Source: an uncultured virus (IMG/VR IMGVR_UViG_3300032087_004917)
Taxonomy: Duplodnaviria > Heunggongvirae > Uroviricota > Caudoviricetes
Reading direction: 5' to 3' (one strand)
Virus record (IMG/VR): IMGVR_UViG_3300032087_004917
Length of the DNA stretch: 20,000 bases
Shown here in pieces: positions 1 through 6,268 of this stretch. Made by a program: the position numbers and the translations under genes. Below the pieces are notes generated by a model, which was given only the letters and a program-made list of their open reading frames with translations, ran no database searches and had not been told where the DNA came from. Position 1 is the stretch's first letter. Every line of letters starts with the position of its first letter.

Positions 1-851
1 CGATTTGGGAAACGATCTCTGTCAATCGGAGTCACCAACCGACCTCCTCGACCGACTTTCCCTTGGGCTACCATTTTGTTATAGTGCGCCCTCGCAGACA
101 TCTCATCAACCTGCTCGACATCCTCTTTAAACATTTTGACCTTTTGACCGATTTTCGCACCGGGAAGTTCCATGACCTTTTGTCCAAACTTCTTCTTCTT
201 CTTGGCATCCTTCTCTGTCATGCCAGCGGCGATGATCATGCCTCTGCCGTCTACAATCGCGTGAAACTTTTGTCCACCCAAAGCAGAGACACTTGCAGGT
301 CGCTTGTAGAAAATCTGCGATTCCTCATTCTGCACATCATCCATCATCATTCTGTTGACATCAAACATGCCGGGGTTGTCTTTCATAATCTGGTCAGCAG
401 CCTTCTTGACATTACCCCTATGCTTCTTGAGCATATTGCGAACAAGAGTGTCGCTCTGTTCACCCATACGGAATCCTTCCTTGTCAAGAATCTTGAAGAC
501 CTTCTCCATATCGCTGCCTTTGTATTTTTTCATCATCGCACGATATTCGGGCGTGCCTTCTTCAAGTTCCTCAGTGCCTTCGTTCAGTTTATTTTCATAT
601 TTGTCCATAAACTTATTCATTGTAGCGTTATTTGTAAAAGTGATTTTGTAAACTTTATCTTTCACTTTCTTGCCACTGACAACCAAACCTCTACGTCCAG
701 TCTCGGAGCCAATGGCAGCAGCACCATCGGCATCTTTCTTGAATTCAATATCAACAGTCACGGCTTCTTGCAATGCTCGTTGTTGCTCTGCAATGATACG
801 AGAGTAAAATGGGTTGGCTGGATTATTTCCGGGGTTTGGCAAGTTAAACAT
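1..851 (-). CDS. Modular Lys-rich protein with repeated acidic linkers, putative internal head (poly)protein; 3' end runs off the window
   Basis: Not in the ORF track because it is truncated. ATG at 851 overlaps the TAA of the upstream gene (TAATG). The frame is open to the window edge: MFNLPNPGNNPANPFYSRIIAEQQRALQEAVTV...KLNEGTEELEEG...MMDDVQNEES...FKEDVEQVDEMS... Confidence 0.8.
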   Translation of the reverse strand, partial: MFNLPNPGNNPANPFYSRIIAEQQRALQEAVTVDIEFKKDADGAAAIGSETGRRGLVVSGKKVKDKVYKITFTNNATMNKFMDKYENKLNEGTEELEEGTPEYRAMMKKYKGSDMEKVFKILDKEGFRMGEQSDTLVRNMLKKHRGNVKKAADQIMKDNPGMFDVNRMMMDDVQNEESQIFYKRPASVSALGGQKFHAIVDGRGMIIAAGMTEKDAKKKKKFGQKVMELPGAKIGQKVKMFKEDVEQVDEMSARAHYNKMVAQGKVGRGGRLVTPIDRDRFPN

Positions 852-1126
852 TAGTCATCCTTCCGAGTTGAAAGTTCATTGCGAATCCAGATCAGATCCG
901 TCTTGATTTCTGCGAGTTGAGTTTGGATAGTAGTTCGAAGAGCATCGGCATCTTTCATTCTTTCTTCCAACGCCGTGTTTTTCTCCTCAAGAGACTGGAT
1001 TCGATACTCCATTTCTGCATGATTCGCTGAGAAGTTCCAGATAAAAATCGAGATCGTCAACGCCCATCCGACGATTGTTGCAACAAAAGATGGGGTGAAC
1101 CATTTAGATTGAGTATTAGAAGCCAT
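851..1126 (-). CDS. Small membrane protein, one N-terminal TM helix plus coiled coil (possibly holin/XhlA-like)
   Basis: GGAG SD upstream; hydrophobic FVATIVGWALTISIFIW followed by a heptad-like helix; function is inference. Confidence 0.75.
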   Translation of the reverse strand: MASNTQSKWFTPSFVATIVGWALTISIFIWNFSANHAEMEYRIQSLEEKNTALEERMKDADALRTTIQTQLAEIKTDLIWIRNELSTRKDD

Positions 1127-1146
1127 TTATGATATCTCCGTGCTAA

Positions 1147-1153
1147 TATGTAT
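1147..1153 (-). promoter_or_regulatory. Putative T4-like late promoter variant (ATACATA)
   Basis: Minus strand gATACATAttag upstream of the gene at 1126; same ATACATATTA context as at 4786-4792. Confidence 0.5.
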
Positions 1154-1170
1154 CATTACTTTTTGTTGCA

Positions 1171-1178
1171 TATACATA
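1171..1178 (+). promoter_or_regulatory. Putative T4-like late promoter variant (TATACATA)
   Basis: One mismatch to TATAAATA, upstream of the GGAG SD and ATG 1196; back-to-back with the minus-strand copy. Confidence 0.5.
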
Positions 1179-1195
1179 ACTTGACGGAGTAAAGT

Positions 1196-1414
1196 ATGAG
1201 ATTGAACCCCAAAAATAGGCACGGAAAGCATATCATCAACATTCACGGTGAGCGTGAGGTTGTGAAAGAGGAGCGTCCTGCCGCTTTTTCTGACACTTTA
1301 GACTCAGACGTTGAATCTGGTGATGTGGCTGATGTGATTATTCGTCAAAATCAAATCATCAACCGCGCACTGAGAAGGACTTTCAGATCGCGGATTGCAC
1401 GAAAGGCAATCTAA
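1196..1414 (+). CDS. Hypothetical protein (72 aa, basic C-terminus)
   Basis: GGAG SD before the ATG; stop lies 1 nt before the next ATG (1416). Confidence 0.7.
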   Translation: MRLNPKNRHGKHIINIHGEREVVKEERPAAFSDTLDSDVESGDVADVIIRQNQIINRALRRTFRSRIARKAI

Positions 1415-1415
1415 C

Positions 1416-2588
1416 ATGGCAGATAAAAACGATGATGTCTTGGGTGATCTCCTTGATCCCAAGAAATTGCTTGAGCAACTTCGTGAATGTGAAACAAAGC
1501 AATTTAAAAACGCCATCGATCTTCTGCAAGAATGTGAAGAGCGTCACCGTCGAAACGAAAAGAAGTTATCTCGCCTGACAATCGCCGCCTCTGCTGGCGG
1601 TGCTTTGGTCGGTCAAGAAGCAGTCAAAGAAGCAGGTGCAATTGTTGAAACACTCGACTCTGTTATCTCTGGCGATGTATCCGCTATTACAGACGTAGCC
1701 GAAGGTGCTGGATTTGATCCGGCATCCATTGGTTTGTCCGTTGACGAAAATGGTAACGTTGTTCTTCCCGGTGGATTCTTTGGTGGTGCTGGTGGTGCAG
1801 GTGGTAATGGTTTTGGCAACTTAGGCGTAAATCCAGAGAAAGCAAACCCAACCACAGAGGACGAAGAAGACGCTACCGACGAGGACGAAGAAAAAGGTAA
1901 GAAAGAGGAAGAGGAAGAAGAGGGCGAAGAAGAGGAAGAGGAGGAAGAGTCCGAAGAGGAGGAAGAAGAGGAGTCCGAGGAGGAAGAGGACGAAGACGAA
2001 GAAGAGGATGAGGAAGAGGACGAGGAAGAGGACAAAGAAGAAGAGGAAGAGGAAGAGCAGGAAGAAGAGGAAGAGGAGCAGGAAGAGGAAGAGCAAGAAG
2101 AACAGCAAGAACAAGAGCAGGAACAGGAGCAGCAGCAAGATACGCCTGAGCCTGACCCACCCTCATCCGACCAATCTGCAAGTATTCCGAGTCTCCCTGA
2201 CAATACACAAGAAACGAAACTTATGGATTTCTTTGAGGATGTTGCCCTTACAGAAATGGAGCAGGCAATAGAAACAATCATCCAAGACACACCCGACCTC
2301 CTTGAGAACCTGCCTGCAATCTTGAGATCAAGAAAGCCCGACGCTGGTGAGGTGATTGTTGGTGATTACGATACGAACGATCCGACCCCGCCTATCGTGA
2401 TTGATGAGGAAGTGGATGTCATGGAGGAGGTCATTGAGACTGTCGAGGTTCCGGCTTCACCTATCGACCCATATATCCCACCGATTGCGGGTGTTCCGAT
2501 TCCTGAGCCGGGGGTGCTTAGTGTCGTTATTTTAGTGGCTTGGTTCTGTGCCGGTTGGTCATTCAGACGCAGGCGAGATAAGGATTAA
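1416..2588 (+). CDS. PEP-CTERM sorting-domain protein with long poly-Glu/Asp/Gln low-complexity region
   Basis: C-terminus VPIPEPGVLSVVILVAWFCAGWSFRRRRDKD = PEP motif + TM helix + Arg cluster; Gly-rich and roughly 95-aa acidic tract; ATG 1416 preferred over TTG 1395. Confidence 0.85.
   Translation: MADKNDDVLGDLLDPKKLLEQLRECETKQFKNAIDLLQECEERHRRNEKKLSRLTIAASAGGALVGQEAVKEAGAIVETLDSVISGDVSAITDVAEGAGFDPASIGLSVDENGNVVLPGGFFGGAGGAGGNGFGNLGVNPEKANPTTEDEEDATDEDEEKGKKEEEEEEGEEEEEEEESEEEEEEESEEEEDEDEEEDEEEDEEEDKEEEEEEEQEEEEEEQEEEEQEEQQEQEQEQEQQQDTPEPDPPSSDQSASIPSLPDNTQETKLMDFFEDVALTEMEQAIETIIQDTPDLLENLPAILRSRKPDAGEVIVGDYDTNDPTPPIVIDEEVDVMEEVIETVEVPASPIDPYIPPIAGVPIPEPGVLSVVILVAWFCAGWSFRRRRDKD
1855..2140 (+). 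repeat. Imperfect GAR/GAY/CAR trinucleotide low-complexity tract encoding poly-E/D/Q
   Basis: Purine-rich gaagaggaa... run; produces the poly-Ser/Leu/Lys shadow ORFs in other frames. Confidence 0.9.
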
Positions 2589-2803
2589 ACCTTAGAATCC
2601 AAGTAGTCTGCCATTCCGTCAAGATTGTCAACGGCAATAGCAACTTTGTCAGTCCACCATGATGGTAGCATGGCTTCATTTGGAAGTTTGTCTAATTCCA
2701 TTTGCATTGTCATCAATGCCTTCGCTGCAATTTTGACTTTATTTTTTGCAGAGGCGACATCAGTATGTCCGTCTTCACTCAGTTCTTTGGGATCAAGTTT
2801 CAT
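2585..2803 (-). CDS. Small T4-like phage protein (EDGHTDVASAK...LPSWWTDKVA), possible internal head protein
   Basis: ATGA overlap with the upstream gene; N-terminal ..LSE site; resembles, from recollection, helical LPxWxxxK modules of marine T4-like phages. Confidence 0.75.
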   Translation of the reverse strand: MKLDPKELSEDGHTDVASAKNKVKIAAKALMTMQMELDKLPNEAMLPSWWTDKVAIAVDNLDGMADYLDSKV

Positions 2804-4500
2804 ACGGTGTCTCCTACCTTTTTGGCTGCACCACGAATTTGTCGAATCATCAACTTTCGTGGTTGAATTTGTTTCTTTAAGTAAAGTTTTGCGTCTCCGG
2901 TATCCGTGGGACCGTATACTATTTCTTTAGATCTACGGTCGATCACATATGTCATCGCTCTTTCATCAAGGCTCATTTTAAGACTCTCAAGTTTCATCAC
3001 CTTTTTCATTGCATTAAACAAATCTTTAGGTTTGAACTTGTGAACATTGTCCACTCTTGCCTCATAGTCACCATAGCCTGAAAGATTCATGTCATTCAAG
3101 GCATCTGCGATCTCTTGCTTGGCTCCCCTTTTCAGTCCTTTGATCATGCTCTCCAGATCACGGGCTATCATGGTTTCGTCAAGTTGCACATCTTCATCAA
3201 CATGAGCATAAATTCTGTCTAATTCAGCCACCATATTATCAAAATTTTTGAGGACTCTTTCCGCGCGTTCTTTATTCTCGCGGTCTAATTTCGCTTTGTT
3301 CCTTGGTAAATTGTTATACGCTCTTGCAAGCCTGTCCAACTTCCTCTCCACCTTGTCCAACACTTTATCAAGTTTACCCAAGATTGATTCGTTGATATCC
3401 TCAAACACTTTCACCATCAAAAAATCATATTCACTTTCAAACCTGTTGAACTGTCGCCTACTGTTGAACGTGACATCAAACATTTTACCTTTTGCTGCGC
3501 TCACATCTTTGGCATCAACGAACATGTTCTTTTTCTTTGCATCTCGCATATCAGAGTTATTTTGGTTTGGTCTGCCAAAAAATGCGACCCGTGCCTTGAT
3601 AACCTCTTCACCAAGTTGCACATCCTCAATCAGACCATCTTTCTTAGCAAACTTCTTTGCTGAGTCTGTGTCCATGTGTGTTCCGTAGTATGCCGACACC
3701 TTACCCCGTTTGTCGAAGATTGCCATCATCACTCCGGCTTGGCTGGATGGACGGGAAGTCTTGATGGGAATGACGGCAAAAGTGCCACCATCGGCTGCGG
3801 GTGCAGAGAAACTATACTCTGATGGCTTGGTCATTTCAAGTTGATTTCTTGTGTCTCTGCCAATCTTGGTTGCAGGCTTACGTTTCCCACTACCCATAGG
3901 ATTGAACGGAGCCATCGCTTCATCGACTTGCACATCCTCTTTCATCGCATCAACATGACGCTTTGCAACGAAGAAGTAGGAGCCTTTGTCTTTAGGGCTT
4001 TTTGCACCGACAAATCTATCACCATCAAACGGGTGCAAGTCAATGACCTGTCCCTTTTTGAACATCTCTTTTGGCATACCCGACTTTTGTGATTTGTTGT
4101 ATCCGGTTCTCAGTCTGCCTTTCATCCACTTACTGCTGGTAGGTGAAATGTCAAACAAACTTTTCTCTTCGTCAATCTGCACATCCTCGTTCATCAACTT
4201 ACGGAATTTTTCACGCGAGGCGGCAGTTTTGAATTGTAAAAGAATTTCTTTATCATCTTCTTCACGACCGATGACAAGATTAGCCATTTGCTTTTGCTTC
4301 TTGCGACCAGCCGGAGTCTCGTCATCAAGAACCTTTTGCATTTTCTTTGCCATGGTGGAGGTCTTGGGCAATGCCATCTTGATACCAGACACAGGAGCGA
4401 CACCGGGAGATCTTGCACGATAGGTCGTACGTCGCGTTATCTCGCTAAGAGGATGGTTGATATTGTCCAATGCACGCTGAATGATTGCTTTTTTATCCAC
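2800..4500 (-). CDS. Modular Lys/Arg-rich polyprotein with repeated EDVQ(I/V/L)(D/G)E linkers, putative protease-processed internal head protein
   Basis: Likely GTG start at 4500 (GGAG 7 nt upstream; MDKKAIIQRALDNINHPLSE); linkers MNEDVQIDEE, MKEDVQVDEA, LIEDVQLGEE, FEDINES, VDEDVQLDET, SLDER. Confidence 0.8.
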   Translation of the reverse strand: MDKKAIIQRALDNINHPLSEITRRTTYRARSPGVAPVSGIKMALPKTSTMAKKMQKVLDDETPAGRKKQKQMANLVIGREEDDKEILLQFKTAASREKFRKLMNEDVQIDEEKSLFDISPTSSKWMKGRLRTGYNKSQKSGMPKEMFKKGQVIDLHPFDGDRFVGAKSPKDKGSYFFVAKRHVDAMKEDVQVDEAMAPFNPMGSGKRKPATKIGRDTRNQLEMTKPSEYSFSAPAADGGTFAVIPIKTSRPSSQAGVMMAIFDKRGKVSAYYGTHMDTDSAKKFAKKDGLIEDVQLGEEVIKARVAFFGRPNQNNSDMRDAKKKNMFVDAKDVSAAKGKMFDVTFNSRRQFNRFESEYDFLMVKVFEDINESILGKLDKVLDKVERKLDRLARAYNNLPRNKAKLDRENKERAERVLKNFDNMVAELDRIYAHVDEDVQLDETMIARDLESMIKGLKRGAKQEIADALNDMNLSGYGDYEARVDNVHKFKPKDLFNAMKKVMKLESLKMSLDERAMTYVIDRRSKEIVYGPTDTGDAKLYLKKQIQPRKLMIRQIRGAAKKVGDTV

Positions 4501-4780
4501 GGGTGATCTCCAGAATTCTTTGAATTTGTGCCTCACAAGCCGCGACTCGTTTTGCACCATCCCACACGATATAGTCTCGTTCAGGGTTTTTCTTTAAATT
4601 GTAAAGAATGGGAAGCATGAGTTTTTCAAGATTTGACATCTTGGACTTCACATCATCGGATACACCAGAAACCTCACTCACCTCTACCTCATCGGCAAAG
4701 GTAAAATCAAAGTCACCAAATGTGTCTTGTGAGAGAAGAGCCTCAAACTCTGCGTCGATTTTGTCTCTATCGAATGCCAT
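4493..4780 (-). CDS. Conserved T4-like phage hypothetical protein
   Basis: Acidic N-terminus with FDFTF and a P.LYNLKKNPERDYI.W motif recalled from environmental T4-like phages; late-promoter-like motif 5 nt upstream of the ATG. Confidence 0.8.
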   Translation of the reverse strand: MAFDRDKIDAEFEALLSQDTFGDFDFTFADEVEVSEVSGVSDDVKSKMSNLEKLMLPILYNLKKNPERDYIVWDGAKRVAACEAQIQRILEITRG

Positions 4781-4785
4781 GTTAA

Positions 4786-4792
4786 TATGTAT
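4786..4792 (-). promoter_or_regulatory. Putative late promoter (ATACATA), near-leaderless
   Basis: aATACATA-ttaac-ATG(4780), no SD. Confidence 0.55.
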
Positions 4793-5091
4793 TAGAACAT
4801 ATGTTTTTCGCGTAGTTGCTTCTCGTACTTGGTTCCCTTGACACCGGCTCCGTTGCAGACTCTCTCCATCATGTCTTGGAATCCACCCTCATTGTGCGGT
4901 CTGTCAATACGCTGATTGTCATCCATCTTCATCGAAGGTGCAGAACCATTGGTTGAGACATACCCTTGTTTGATCTTTTTCTTTCCACACTCGGGACAGA
5001 CTTCCTTTTCAGGCTTCTTTCTGTCATCGAGCCATTGAAAGGACTCAAACTGGTAATTACATTCACGGCATTCATATTCATACGTTGGCAT
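4792..5091 (-). CDS. FmdB-family zinc-ribbon protein
   Basis: [16 protein letters not shown]...CPECG signature; GAGGAG SD. Confidence 0.9.
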   Translation of the reverse strand: MPTYEYECRECNYQFESFQWLDDRKKPEKEVCPECGKKKIKQGYVSTNGSAPSMKMDDNQRIDRPHNEGGFQDMMERVCNGAGVKGTKYEKQLREKHMF

Positions 5092-5542
5092 TGTTCTCTC
5101 CTCTGAGATCTTTCAAATATTTATCACTTCTCTCTGCGGCTTTATCATTATACAGATTCCATTCTTGAAGCAACAACAAAGCCCGTCTTTCTGCATCATC
5201 CTCAAGAGCATGACTATTCGCCTCATTGTCGTTCTTGTCCCATGCAAGGTAGATCGGATCGTCTTCGTACCATTGCATCAAATGTGAAAATTCGTGTGCA
5301 AGAGTATGCAAAACTTCATCTTTTTCTTTACCAATGCAAATCACCAAAGAACCAGACTCACCTTTCTCTGGATGCTCAAAAAAACCATCGCACGGCTCAC
5401 CCCCACGAATGACCTCTTTATCAGGCGAGATAAGGAAATTGACATTAAATTTTTTACATTTTGACATCACATATACAACAAAAGGCAAAGAGATGAACTC
5501 TTTGCCCTTCGCATATTTTGGTAAATTGGATCGCTTCGCCAT
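5078..5542 (-). CDS. HExxH zinc-metallopeptidase-like protein (ImmA/IrrE-like fold possible)
   Basis: [12 protein letters not shown] plus downstream E..AE; start moved to ATG 5542 ([10 protein letters not shown]) to avoid a 200-nt overlap with the lysozyme gene. Confidence 0.75.
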   Translation of the reverse strand: MAKRSNLPKYAKGKEFISLPFVVYVMSKCKKFNVNFLISPDKEVIRGGEPCDGFFEHPEKGESGSLVICIGKEKDEVLHTLAHEFSHLMQWYEDDPIYLAWDKNDNEANSHALEDDAERRALLLLQEWNLYNDKAAERSDKYLKDLRGENNANV

Positions 5543-5546
5543 GTAA

Positions 5547-6128
5547 TTATTTAGGAGGGATCGGTCCAGCATTGTGAATGTGTTGAAGGAAGCGTTGAAC
5601 TTTTTCTTTACGCTTTCTGACAATGACCTCCCATACCTTGTCCCAGTATTTCTTGGTCGCCTCTTTCTTGTGACCATTGGGACCACCATTGTGCATTCGT
5701 GCCATTTTCTCAAGAGTGACAACACCGAGTCTTCGTTCTGTGGCATAGATCTTGAGCCATTCGATCACGACCTGTCGAGCATACTCTTTGTTAAAACAAT
5801 CTTCATATTTGCCACCCAAATTTGATCTTTTGTTTACGTCTGTCCAGTAGATACGCCAGATCTGATATGCCCCGATTGCATTTCCATTGTCTCCGATGGC
5901 TCCGCTCTGACAATTTGATTCGACTTCACATATGGCATCGAGCAGAGCATCAAGGTCATCTTGCATGATGCCGGGAATGACACTTTCTTTGTCTTCTTCA
6001 ATGACAAAGGTGACTTCTGGAGCAGGTGGTTCAGCGAACGTAGGGATCTCCACAATGGGTCCGGTGAAGAGTTTGACGAAGCATCCTACGGTAAATCCAA
6101 CGACGATAGAGGCAAACGTATTGTGCAT
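5547..6128 (-). CDS. Invertebrate-type (destabilase-like) lysozyme with N-terminal hydrophobic anchor; candidate endolysin
   Basis: LDAICEVES, G.YQI...YWTD, YEDC, ARMHNGGPNG, T..YWDKV match i-type lysozyme motifs; N-terminal FASIVVGFTVGCFV; AAGGA SD. Confidence 0.85.
   Translation of the reverse strand: MHNTFASIVVGFTVGCFVKLFTGPIVEIPTFAEPPAPEVTFVIEEDKESVIPGIMQDDLDALLDAICEVESNCQSGAIGDNGNAIGAYQIWRIYWTDVNKRSNLGGKYEDCFNKEYARQVVIEWLKIYATERRLGVVTLEKMARMHNGGPNGHKKEATKKYWDKVWEVIVRKRKEKVQRFLQHIHNAGPIPPK
5548..5554 (-). promoter_or_regulatory. Putative late promoter (CTAAATA), near-leaderless
   Basis: cCTAAATA-attac-ATG(5542); same 5-nt spacing as at 4786. Confidence 0.55.
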
Positions 6129-6212
6129 GTTAAAGAGTCCTTTTTCTAGCGAGATAAGAGTGAAATCTTTGTTATTAGTTTTTAAAAAGCGAAAAGCGTA
6201 AATTGTTTCAGT

Positions 6213-6239
6213 AAGTAAAGCCCGCAGGTCAAGGCGGAC
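6213..6239 (-). terminator. Possible intrinsic terminator downstream of the VWA gene
   Basis: Minus strand GTCCGC-cttgacct-GCGGGC followed by TTTACTT; an ATAAATA late-promoter-like motif lies just upstream (6244-6250). Confidence 0.4.
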
Positions 6240-6268
6240 ATACTATTTATTTTTGAAAATTTTTGATT

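Noticed and set aside
63..854. 263-aa plus-strand ORF
   Set aside because: Antisense shadow of the real minus-strand gene starting at 851; unnatural L/F/H-rich composition and no SD
1613..2290. Poly-Ser, poly-Leu/Phe and poly-Lys/Arg ORFs in other frames
   Set aside because: By-products of the GAR-rich poly-Glu tract; only the frame with the PEP-CTERM tail has coherent features
5543..5746. N-terminal extension of the HExxH ORF given in the ORF track
   Set aside because: Overlaps the lysozyme gene by about 200 nt; ATG 5542 follows a late-promoter motif and the lysozyme stop
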